Below, one piece after another: positions 7,918 to 16,667 of a stretch of 39,052 nt of DNA (position 1 is the stretch's first letter; every line of letters starts with the position of its first letter). Origin of the DNA: Promethearchaeati archaeon (GTDB taxonomy: Archaea > Asgardarchaeota > Njordarchaeia > Njordarchaeales > Njordarchaeaceae); contig JALWRR010000186.1 of assembly GCA_026993975.1 (NCBI GenBank), positions 1 through 39,052 of the forward strand, read 5' to 3'. Position numbers and translations under genes: made by a program. The notes below the pieces were generated by a model, which was given only the letters and a program-made list of their open reading frames with translations, was not told the origin of the DNA and made no database searches.

Positions 7918-9099
7918 ATGGTATATGTCAAGGAGACCCCTTTTAATGAGGTTGGTAAACCCATAATGATAGTTCTTTTAGCTTATATGGGTCTAGTAGC
8001 AATAAATATTCTAGCGGCGATAATATCTAGATCCCCCAACCTGTACTTTATTTTGTCAGCGATATTATTCATATTGACTACACCTACTGCAGCTACTATA
8101 TCTATTAAGCGAGGTATGAGTGGGAAGAAAGCTAGTTCAATAATACTCTTAACAACAATAATAATCATAGTGCTCGGTCTAATCGTGTTCATCTATGCTT
8201 CATATTTACTCTGGATAGCTCTAACGGTAAGACCATTAATAAGGAGCTTTGATATAGCGCTAATAGTCCCAATAATCACAATCATAACAGCGTACTTTCT
8301 CTCAGAGTATCTAGAGAAGAAAATTCCTGAGATTTACTGGAGGCTGTCTAGAGCAGTATCAGATAGAGTTAGGGGAGCTTTATCTGCCTCAGCAACCGGG
8401 ATAATTGGTCCGTCAATAGCTTTCTTCGGTTTACTTAACTTCGATGCTTACTTCGCTTTCCTACCCTTGATATACGCGTTAATAGAGTTGAAGAGAAGTG
8501 TGAATGAGTTAAGAGCAACGAGCAAGCAGAAGAAGAATCTCAACGCTTTCAACGAACACTTACAGAAAGTTCTTGGAACGATACCAAATATTGTGAAGGT
8601 ATATGACACGAAGTTTGATCCAGCTAACCAATTCCTTATCGTTTACGCTAGGTTCAGTGTATCTAGTTTTCTCAACGAAGAAGTGGTGGAGAAGATAGCT
8701 GATTACGTCAAGATATACGTGCTTGAGAACTTCGGAATCGTATCGTACTACAGGATAGAAGCAGATAAAGAAAAAGCTGATAAGGTGAAAGTAGCTCTAC
8801 CTATTATTGGAGAAAACGAGCTCTCAGATAACTTTGATTCCTCTAAATACCTAATAGTAGTACTAAATACTAATGGCGATGAGTTATCTAGAGAGGTAAT
8901 CGAACTGGGCAACTCTGAGGACAGAATGAGCGGTGTAGAGAGAGCTAGAGAGCTAGTTAAGAAAGGTGTAATGATAGTTGCTCTAAACAATATTGATGTT
9001 AAAGCTAAAAGAGAGTTAAGGGGCTGGTTCACAGAGATAGTTAATGTTCAAACAAAGAGTGTGGATGAAGCATTAAAAAAGATTAGGGAAATCATCTAG
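7918..9099 (+). CDS. Membrane protein (about 5 TM) with a cytoplasmic tail ending in a NifX-like domain; fifth gene of the Dpp-type operon
   Basis: The N-terminal ~190 aa is hydrophobic. The C-terminal aa ~292-396 (VKVALPIIGENELSDNFDSSKYLIVVLN...ARELVKKGVMIVALNNIDVKAKRELRGWFTEIV...VDEALKKI) follows the same pattern as the NifX-like protein at 735..1070. The start is directly coupled to the oppF-like stop (TAG 7906..7908, GGTGA, ATG 7918; the track start is GTG 7909). Confidence 0.55.
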   Translation: MVYVKETPFNEVGKPIMIVLLAYMGLVAINILAAIISRSPNLYFILSAILFILTTPTAATISIKRGMSGKKASSIILLTTIIIIVLGLIVFIYASYLLWIALTVRPLIRSFDIALIVPIITIITAYFLSEYLEKKIPEIYWRLSRAVSDRVRGALSASATGIIGPSIAFFGLLNFDAYFAFLPLIYALIELKRSVNELRATSKQKKNLNAFNEHLQKVLGTIPNIVKVYDTKFDPANQFLIVYARFSVSSFLNEEVVEKIADYVKIYVLENFGIVSYYRIEADKEKADKVKVALPIIGENELSDNFDSSKYLIVVLNTNGDELSREVIELGNSEDRMSGVERARELVKKGVMIVALNNIDVKAKRELRGWFTEIVNVQTKSVDEALKKIREII

Positions 9100-9106
9100 T
9101 TATCCC

Positions 9107-9117
9107 TATTTTTTATT
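9107..9117 (+). terminator. Oligo-T tract (TATTTTTTATT) 8 nt after the stop of the operon's last gene; candidate terminator
   Basis: A T6 run lies at 9109..9114, directly after TAG 9097..9099. Confidence 0.4.
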
Positions 9118-9152
9118 AACCATGCATTCTCGTAATGAATAAATCTTTAATA

Positions 9153-9173
9153 AGAAATAGCGATACTATTTCT
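9153..9173. promoter_or_regulatory. Perfect 8-bp inverted repeat AGAAATAG-CGATA-CTATTTCT in the intergenic region
   Basis: Read directly. It lies between the operon terminator and the CDP-alcohol transferase gene, so it could be a terminator hairpin or a protein-binding site. Confidence 0.3.
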
Positions 9174-9252
9174 CTTAAATTTATTATTAAATCCTAGAGA
9201 AAAACGATCCATCATTCGCTTCTCACTAACTATCTTCTGAGAGGTGTAACAC

Positions 9253-9882
9253 ATGCTAACAAAGAGCACTGATGGCTACGTATCAAGATTAATAAACAGA
9301 AAATTCTCAACCAGAATAACTAGATTCATCGTTAAACACAATATCGGCTTAACCCCAAACCAAGTATCATTCATAAGCTTCACAATAGGCATACTAGCAG
9401 GAATACTCATCTTACTGAAGCACTTCGTGATTGGAGGAATCCTAGTACAAGTATCATCAATAATAGATGGCGTAGATGGGGAATTAGCAAGAGCAAAAAA
9501 CATGTCGTCACCGAAAGGAGCATTCATAGACTCAATGCTAGATAGATTAGTTGATATTTTCATTATAGCATCCATAATAATCATCGTCTTACAGCTAAAT
9601 AACACAAGCACACTAGAACTAATCTACAGCATAGCAGCAATAACAGGAAGCATAATGGTTAGTTACTTACACGCATCCTGCGAAAGAAGCTTGAGAACGC
9701 ATCCCGTAAAAATAACCCGAGTTCCACTAATAGCTTCCAGAGACGTTAGATTATTCATAATATTCATTCTAACAATAATTGGTCAACTCGAACTAGAATT
9801 AATAATCCTAAGCATAATAACTTATTCTTACGTCCTAGCGCAATTAATAGCTGTATCGAGAGTAAACATCGAGAAGAAATAA
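9253..9882 (+). CDS. CDP-alcohol phosphatidyltransferase family protein
   Basis: It carries the exact family motif D-G-x2-A-R-x8-G-x3-D-x3-D as DGVDGELARAKNMSSPKGAFIDSMLDRLVD. It is polytopic membrane protein. GAGGTG lies 7 nt upstream of the ATG. Confidence 0.85.
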   Translation: MLTKSTDGYVSRLINRKFSTRITRFIVKHNIGLTPNQVSFISFTIGILAGILILLKHFVIGGILVQVSSIIDGVDGELARAKNMSSPKGAFIDSMLDRLVDIFIIASIIIIVLQLNNTSTLELIYSIAAITGSIMVSYLHASCERSLRTHPVKITRVPLIASRDVRLFIIFILTIIGQLELELIILSIITYSYVLAQLIAVSRVNIEKK

Positions 9883-10046
9883 TACGCATCAAATTGTAAT
9901 AGCAGTATATTAATTTAATTAAAATATATATGGAAAACCTAATGATAATTAAAAATAAGAAATGCATTTAGAAAAATTTAAAAGAGAAAAATCATACCAA
10001 ATAATATTGAAAACCTTTATTTCTAAAAATATATGGTGAAAAAATT

Positions 10047-12284
10047 ATGGAAAAGAGAGCCTTAATAGCGATTCTAGTTATAGTAATAATAGTTGCTGGC
10101 GGAGCCGCATATTACTGGTTCGTAATGCCACATAAGCCAACAATATCATTCACGATATACTACAACACAGGAAACGTGCAGAGAGAGCAATTAGCATCAC
10201 TCCTAGCTTCAGAATGGGGTAAGCTAGGATTTAAGGTAACAGTTCAAGGTCTAGAATGGCCAGTACTACTAGATAAAATAATGAATCCCGATGAATTCGA
10301 TGTGTACATAATTGGTTGGGCTCCGGACTACATAGATCCGGACGACTACGCAGGCCCAATGGCATATGGTGGAACTCAATTCAAGTCACTCAATGTATTC
10401 ACAGTTGCATCAGCAGCAGATGTATCTAACCACCTAAAGAGCGCAATTGTATATGATGTAGGCGACTATGCTGTAGTAGTAGGTGAGAAGGGTACTGGAG
10501 CAAGCGTAACAATCCCATCAGGAAAAACAATTCTAGTTGTTCAGTACGAGGTTGATGAGCAAGCAACCAAGCCGGTTGGTGAATCAACACCTTGGGTTAA
10601 CATCAACCCAGGAATGTACAGAAACGCTACTGGAGATGCTTTAATTAAAGCTGGAACAATAGTGACCAATCCATCATGGAGAGAAGCCATCTATAATGCA
10701 GTTCAGCAACACACGAATCAAGAGTTACCATTACTATGGATTGGGCAGTACCTATTCCTACACGGTCAATGGACATGGGTATATGGCTGGTACTATCACC
10801 CAGTCATGCCAATAAGATTCGACTTAATCTGGGAGAACGCAAGCGCTCCAGACGTCAAGATCGGTACGCTAGGTAAAGGAAAAGCAAACACGCCTCAGAA
10901 AGATTACTACAACAATGAGTCCGTAGTTTCAATATCAACGTTCGGATGGCCAGAGAGCTTCGACCCAGCAGCAGACTACGAGACATTCGGTTGGGCAATA
11001 TTCTGGCAAACTGGTGACCCCTTAGTAACATACTGGAAGACAGAAACAGAGTACGTATCTAAGGATCTAGCTGTAGCATGGGCATACAGTGATGATGGCT
11101 TAGACTACTATTTCGTTATAAGAGGAGGAGTAAAAGCATACAATAGATGGGCTGACCTAGGTGTATTTGGTGGAAACAAGACTGATGAGGTATACAATAT
11201 CTCAGCTATTGATGTCTTATTCAGCTTATGGAGAATAGCTGCTCTAGAGTTAGACCCAAGCTGGATGATTACTAGCTATGTAAATGTTTCAGCATCTGAG
11301 GTCATGACAGAGAGCGAGTTTAACAATACATTAAAGACTGGTAATCTAAAGACCGACTTCAAAGGAAAAGTCCATACACCAACAAACCTAAGTGACTTAC
11401 TAAAGTTCTTCGGTTCAGAAGGCTCAGACACAGCGGGAGTAGTGCACATAAAGCTAACACAGCCTTACCCAGCTATTCTACCTATCCTAGCTGATGCATT
11501 CACTATACCCGTCCCAATGAAGTATGTGTTTGATGCATTAGGCTGGAACTATACTGAAGCTGTTGAAGCTTCAAACAATGGTAAGAATCCTGATGCGTGG
11601 GCTCAATGGATTAATGGTACTCTAGGGGAGGATGAACCAACCCACAGATTACTACATGAGTACCCAGTTGCAACTGGTCCATTCTATGTGTATGATTACC
11701 TAGATAATCAATGGATTATCCTGAAGAAGAACCCATACTACTGGAACCAAACACTCTACAGTGGAACTAATTATGGTCAAACTAAATACGTTATCTACTC
11801 CATACAGTCAGAGACCGAGCCTAGATTGGCTCTATACACAAGTGGTGCAGCAGACTTCTGTGCAGTTCCTCTCGACAGAGTATCTGACGTTAATAACACT
11901 TACTATGAAGGAACTAACTGGCATATAATTGAGAAGAAGGATCCCAACTTACTAACATACGACATCGTTTATGTGGTCTGGAACACTTACAAGTTCCCAT
12001 TCAACAACCCGTTAGTTAGAAGAGCGCTAGCTTACGCTACTCCTTATGAGCAGATTTATTCACAAGTTTACAGTAACTTCACTGAGCCTCTCTACGGTGT
12101 TATTCCTAAGGGAATGCCTGGTTGGACTGATTACAATATTATTCACTATACGTATGATCTCGATAAAGCTAAGGCCTTGATTAAGGCTAGTGGAATATTT
12201 GGCACAAGTGCTTCGCTGAACTTCATTGTTCCTCCATTATTCATAGCTCTACCTCCTATACTAATGAAGAAAGAGGAAGAATAA
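10047..12284 (+). CDS. ABC transporter substrate-binding protein, family 5 (DppA/OppA/NikA-like), apparently circularly permuted, with N- and C-terminal TM anchors
   Basis: Family-5 hallmarks are present: ATGPFYVYDY...ILKKNPYYW, PLVRRALAYATPYEQI and YTYDLDKAKALIKASG. However, the segment that normally follows the last of these (TIYYNTGNVQREQLASLLASEWGKLGFKVTVQGLEW...IIGWAPDYIDPDDY...ELPLLWIG) sits at aa 31-260, directly after the N-terminal TM. The protein ends with a hydrophobic C-terminal anchor and a charged tail (LNFIVPPLFIALPPILMKKEEE). Confidence 0.8.
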   Translation: MEKRALIAILVIVIIVAGGAAYYWFVMPHKPTISFTIYYNTGNVQREQLASLLASEWGKLGFKVTVQGLEWPVLLDKIMNPDEFDVYIIGWAPDYIDPDDYAGPMAYGGTQFKSLNVFTVASAADVSNHLKSAIVYDVGDYAVVVGEKGTGASVTIPSGKTILVVQYEVDEQATKPVGESTPWVNINPGMYRNATGDALIKAGTIVTNPSWREAIYNAVQQHTNQELPLLWIGQYLFLHGQWTWVYGWYYHPVMPIRFDLIWENASAPDVKIGTLGKGKANTPQKDYYNNESVVSISTFGWPESFDPAADYETFGWAIFWQTGDPLVTYWKTETEYVSKDLAVAWAYSDDGLDYYFVIRGGVKAYNRWADLGVFGGNKTDEVYNISAIDVLFSLWRIAALELDPSWMITSYVNVSASEVMTESEFNNTLKTGNLKTDFKGKVHTPTNLSDLLKFFGSEGSDTAGVVHIKLTQPYPAILPILADAFTIPVPMKYVFDALGWNYTEAVEASNNGKNPDAWAQWINGTLGEDEPTHRLLHEYPVATGPFYVYDYLDNQWIILKKNPYYWNQTLYSGTNYGQTKYVIYSIQSETEPRLALYTSGAADFCAVPLDRVSDVNNTYYEGTNWHIIEKKDPNLLTYDIVYVVWNTYKFPFNNPLVRRALAYATPYEQIYSQVYSNFTEPLYGVIPKGMPGWTDYNIIHYTYDLDKAKALIKASGIFGTSASLNFIVPPLFIALPPILMKKEEE

Positions 12285-12295
12285 GTTCTTACTCT

Positions 12296-13042
12296 TTATT
12301 TTATTTCATTTTTTACTTTTTCTAGTCTTTTTCTGCTTAGGTAGAATCCTAGTATTATTAGGAGTGGTCCTATCCCTATTTCTAGGAATAGTACTTCAGC
12401 TATGAATATTACTCCTCCTGAGACTAGTAGTTTGCTTGGTAGTGATAGTTTCTCGAATATCTCGTAGTTTGTCTGTATTTCTGATAGTGCGAATCCATAT
12501 AGTGCTGTTGATGCTCCGAATAATACTTCGTGGATTATTATCATTGTTCTTATTGGTTCTATAGCTATGTCTAATAGTAATTCTCCTTTCTGAATGCTTT
12601 CTAGTAATTGTGTCTTTATTAACCATGTGTTGTTTAATGTGATAGCTATGTTAACTATTGATAGGATTATGGCGTACGCGCTCCATATTAAGTAACTTGC
12701 GAATATCTTTTTGTTGAGTTCTATCTCAAGTATATTGTTTAGTTTTACTGATTTCCTATTAAGATTAATTATTGTAATCGCTAGGAGTATTATTGTTGCT
12801 GAGAATGCTGCGGAGTAGAGAATGTTGTATAGTAATATGTCGTTAATGAGTTTTCTTGCTAGCTCTATATTATTTTTAAGGGCTGATTGAAAAACATCTA
12901 TAGTATCTATGTACCTTACTAGGATTAGTGGTGGTAGTATTAGGTATAGTAAATAGGCTAATAACACGTATTTTATTGCTTCATTTAAAGCATCTATATT
13001 GATTAGCATTTTTTCTGTTGTTTCATCACGCATTCTCATCAA
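12296..13042 (-). CDS. Hypothetical polytopic membrane protein (about 5-6 TM)
   Basis: It is a long ORF with alternating hydrophobic segments. Its start (TTG 13042, ATG 13039 or ATG 13033) overlaps the stop of the upstream gene, indicating translational coupling. I recognise no family. Confidence 0.55.
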   Translation of the reverse strand: MMRMRDETTEKMLINIDALNEAIKYVLLAYLLYLILPPLILVRYIDTIDVFQSALKNNIELARKLINDILLYNILYSAAFSATIILLAITIINLNRKSVKLNNILEIELNKKIFASYLIWSAYAIILSIVNIAITLNNTWLIKTQLLESIQKGELLLDIAIEPIRTMIIIHEVLFGASTALYGFALSEIQTNYEIFEKLSLPSKLLVSGGVIFIAEVLFLEIGIGPLLIILGFYLSRKRLEKVKNEIK

Positions 13043-13727
13043 CCGTGCTCTCCAGTATTTTGGTGAAGAAGTCTCTTACCTCGCTATACTCATCTAGTAT
13101 CCAGTTATAGATTATGCTTTCAGAGAGTTTCCATGCTGGTTCATATGTAGTTAAGTCACTTGTTATTACTATTGGGTAGTATGCTTTCTCGCTGAGCTTT
13201 ATGTCTACTTCTCTTGACTCAATTATTTTTAAACCGCTCTTAATTATTCCTTTTAGGAATAATCCGACTGCGTATGGTGATGTCTCTTTCTTTCCTGTTA
13301 GGTACTTGAATATTGGTTCTTTCCTTGATAATAATCTTTTTGAGGGGATGAGTAATGCTCTGTACCTGGACCAATCAATATCTAGCTGGCTTTCTTCATA
13401 AAAATCATCTATAGATTTTCTCGTTAATTCATCAGCTTTCTCGTATGCCTCGAAGAACTTCTCCACTATTTCCTCTCCACTCAACCTGTGATTTAGCTTG
13501 ATTCCTTTTAATGGCTCGCTGCTGCTCATCTTTAACAGTTTGGTTTTCCTAGCGGTTAGAACAGCTATTAATGGGTCATTTGATATGTCTGGTGTTAAAC
13601 TATCCACAAGAATATCTACTTTACCTTTCTTTGATTTATATATTAGGTGGATGTAAGGCATCCAGATTAATTTTCCTTTAGATAGAATAACTTCAGATAA
13701 CTTTTTTGGGGTAGCGTATAGCACCAA
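13026..13727 (-). CDS. Hypothetical soluble protein, no recognisable family
   Basis: It is a 233-codon ORF, divergent from the MacB-type ABC genes and coupled to the downstream membrane protein. Confidence 0.55.
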   Translation of the reverse strand: MVLYATPKKLSEVILSKGKLIWMPYIHLIYKSKKGKVDILVDSLTPDISNDPLIAVLTARKTKLLKMSSSEPLKGIKLNHRLSGEEIVEKFFEAYEKADELTRKSIDDFYEESQLDIDWSRYRALLIPSKRLLSRKEPIFKYLTGKKETSPYAVGLFLKGIIKSGLKIIESREVDIKLSEKAYYPIVITSDLTTYEPAWKLSESIIYNWILDEYSEVRDFFTKILESTVDENA

Positions 13728-13839
13728 TTTTATTCATCTTTTTGAACTAGATTTGTTAGATTAATGCAATTACTTTAAATCATATCTAAAAATATTATCT
13801 AGAATTATATTAAAAATTGTCAATCTAAAGGGGACATCT

Positions 13840-16656
13840 TTGTTACTTGAGTTCGTGCCTAAGAGACTTCATGTGAATCTAATCATTGGTGTTGCCCTGG
13901 TTATATCGCTTATTGCTACGCCTCTCTGGGTTGGGGAGTATGTGGCTGACGCGCAGTTGCAAATGAATTTCAGTAGGGTTCTTGTTGATGCAAGAATGTC
14001 TATTCGATTAACTAATTTCGTGAATGATTTGAGTTTGAAGCGTGATATATCATCCCTAAGCTTTGTTAGAGATGTTAAGTTAATTGAGTATAGAGCGGAG
14101 AGATCTATTATCCTTAAGTTCAGTAGTGGTTGGGAGTTATACCCCATGCATAATGGGTCTAAATCACTATTATTATTGAGTTTTAATTCTAGTGAATGGA
14201 TCAATAATTATGAGTTTATCTCGGGTAATTACCCTGAAAGTAGTGATGAGGTAGCTGTCACAGTTGATCTAGCTAAGAGATTTAGTATTAATGTTGGTGA
14301 TACAGTAAATATCTCTTCTCCATGGATACAGTTCGAGAAATCATATAGAGTATGCGGAATATTTAATGTCTCAGGGTTACTAGCTAGGATTCTTTATGGA
14401 GAGGACTTAATAAAGAGCGATATCCCAGTGGAAGTAAAGAACGAGACGATTAATTATTGGGGAGCATTATTATTTACTAGGAGAGAAGTGATTAGTGGTG
14501 AGGGTTTAAGTAGCGCTTATTCAGCACTACCCTACTATTATATCTGGATTAATCGCGAAGAGATATTTAATCCATGGCTCCCATCACAAATGCTCAAGAA
14601 ACTTAAGAGTTTTGATGATCAAATAGTGCTTCGGGCTACTAAATACACTCCAATGGTCACGATCACTTACTTTAATTATCTAGCTATGGCGATTAAAACT
14701 TACTCTGGTTGGCCTAGCGCCTTCAAGATACAGTTAACTTACGCTATACTTCCAGGATTCCTTGTTGGATCATTCCTCGCTATAATTGTTGGATGGACTT
14801 TCATTAATAGAAGGAAGCATGAGATAGCTTTATTCAAGATTAGGGGGCTTGATAAGAAGCAGATAGCTTACTTAATAACCTATGAATTCATTATTGTTAG
14901 CTTCCTAGGAAGCTTCCTCGGATTCTTATTCTCGATACTACTAGTATTAGTATCTGCGATAATCCTTTTCCCAGATTACCTAGCTATATACCCGATATAC
15001 AAACCATTACTATCAAACTTCCTTAACTATCTTCAGTTAAGCATTATATATGGCTTGATTTTCGGGTTCCTAAGCATAGCTCCAACAACAGCTCAAGCAA
15101 TAAAAACAACTATTCTTGAGGGATTAAACCCGTATTTAGAGAAGCTTGAGAAGGAAACAAAACCAATCTATAGTTTCCTAGCTGTCGCAGTCGGTATCTA
15201 TACTTTGATAGAATCTTTCAGCGGATTATACGTGTTAAAGAATATTGCTATGCGGTTAATGAGCGCTAATACAGCGTTAATACAGATTACTGGAGTAATA
15301 ATTTTTGTTATCGATATAATCGCGATTGGAACTGGTTCATTCGCTCTAGCTTATGGTTTAAGCAGAATAATAGCTTACTATGCATCGAGAATACATGGGT
15401 TGCTTGAAGGAATAATAACACGCTTATCAAGCTCTTTCTCAGCTATAGCTATAAAGCATTTCTCTAGGAGGCCAGCTAGAACAGCTAGATTAATATTTAT
15501 TACAGCCTTGATAATCTCATTCATGTTATCAGCTGGAATAGATGCATCATCAAACGTTAACGAGATGACAAGCTTAGTTAAATTAATGGTTGGAACGAAT
15601 TATAGGGTTGACGTTTTCTCGGGTCCAAGAAACCCATTATTCTGGGAAGTTAACGTTACTCAAGACATAAAAGCTATATCATCCCAAATAGATGTTATTA
15701 CTGTTTATTACGGTTATAAACCAATCACGCTAGGTTTACCGTACGCTAGAATAATAGCTGTTGATCCAAGTTACTTTAAATGCGCTTTCTTAAGTGACTC
15801 AATTATTCATGGTGTATCTCTCAATGATCTTCGTGGAGGAGCATTTAATTCATCTACAGCGCTTCTCGGAGTATCAGCTAGAGATGATTATGGTTTCAGG
15901 ATTGGGGATGTTATATCCTTTAGATTCAGTTATATGGGTGCGAGAGAGAAAGTTACCTTTAAAGTAATTGGTTTCATGGATTTCATGCCTGGGTTACTAA
16001 ACGATATTTATGAGGCTCAGAAAACTAATGAAATCGTGATGATCGTCAGTAAAAACGCATTAATTAAGTACATGGATAAGCCTGATAGAATCCTTATTCA
16101 TGTTCCAGACTCGATAGACACTGACTCCTTCATTAATGAGCTCTCCAGTGTTTTGTTGAGGAATTCTGTTTTCGCTCACATCTATAGTTACAGGAAAGTC
16201 ATGGATTATGTTTTGAGGGAATCGATAACTGGAATAATGATAAATATCTATAGAGCTGAATTCATTCAACTAGCTATAATAACCGCGTTCAGCATTTACT
16301 TAGTATTATCAACAGAGTATATTGAGAGGAGACGTGAAATGGCTCTAATGCTTAGTAGGGGTGTTTCGAGAAAACAATTATACTCGATAGCTAAGACAGA
16401 GGCGTTGATCATAATACTAGCAGCATTCATAACTGGATTCATTATATCTTGGGGATTCGCTTATCCACTACTCGAAATGGTTTCATACGGTTTATTTGGT
16501 CCGCTCAAAGCTTTACCTGGTCATGGAATAATAATCTCGCTTGATATATTGATTATCTTGATTTCGGAGGCAATTATTGTTTATTTATCAACGATACTAG
16601 CCATGAGAGTTGCGCTTAGGATTGATTTACCCAAAGAAATTAGGATTTATCGTTAA
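13840..16656 (+). CDS. ABC transporter permease, FtsX/MacB-type with two FtsX modules and large extracytoplasmic domains
   Basis: It has an N-terminal TM, then two repeats of a large soluble domain followed by a 3-4 TM bundle (aa ~300-430 and ~800-935; RGLDKKQIAYL and RGVSRKQLYSI are the typical post-TM2 loops). It is immediately followed by a MacB/LolD-type ATPase. The start is TTG. Confidence 0.8.
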   Translation: MLLEFVPKRLHVNLIIGVALVISLIATPLWVGEYVADAQLQMNFSRVLVDARMSIRLTNFVNDLSLKRDISSLSFVRDVKLIEYRAERSIILKFSSGWELYPMHNGSKSLLLLSFNSSEWINNYEFISGNYPESSDEVAVTVDLAKRFSINVGDTVNISSPWIQFEKSYRVCGIFNVSGLLARILYGEDLIKSDIPVEVKNETINYWGALLFTRREVISGEGLSSAYSALPYYYIWINREEIFNPWLPSQMLKKLKSFDDQIVLRATKYTPMVTITYFNYLAMAIKTYSGWPSAFKIQLTYAILPGFLVGSFLAIIVGWTFINRRKHEIALFKIRGLDKKQIAYLITYEFIIVSFLGSFLGFLFSILLVLVSAIILFPDYLAIYPIYKPLLSNFLNYLQLSIIYGLIFGFLSIAPTTAQAIKTTILEGLNPYLEKLEKETKPIYSFLAVAVGIYTLIESFSGLYVLKNIAMRLMSANTALIQITGVIIFVIDIIAIGTGSFALAYGLSRIIAYYASRIHGLLEGIITRLSSSFSAIAIKHFSRRPARTARLIFITALIISFMLSAGIDASSNVNEMTSLVKLMVGTNYRVDVFSGPRNPLFWEVNVTQDIKAISSQIDVITVYYGYKPITLGLPYARIIAVDPSYFKCAFLSDSIIHGVSLNDLRGGAFNSSTALLGVSARDDYGFRIGDVISFRFSYMGAREKVTFKVIGFMDFMPGLLNDIYEAQKTNEIVMIVSKNALIKYMDKPDRILIHVPDSIDTDSFINELSSVLLRNSVFAHIYSYRKVMDYVLRESITGIMINIYRAEFIQLAIITAFSIYLVLSTEYIERRREMALMLSRGVSRKQLYSIAKTEALIIILAAFITGFIISWGFAYPLLEMVSYGLFGPLKALPGHGIIISLDILIILISEAIIVYLSTILAMRVALRIDLPKEIRIYR

Positions 16657-16667
16657 AGGTGTTTTTA

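Noticed and set aside
9883-10046. Very AT-rich 164-bp intergenic region as a replication origin or ncRNA locus
   Set aside because: I saw no origin-recognition-box-like repeats and no flanking cdc6/orc1 gene. Only an 8-mer (GAAAACCT) occurs twice. This is consistent with an ordinary promoter region for the SBP gene.
12396-12626. 76-aa minus-strand ORF in another frame of the 12296..13042 membrane-protein gene
   Set aside because: It is an overlapping alternative frame with a highly basic, repetitive product (RR, NN, TT runs). The longer hydrophobic frame is the plausible gene.
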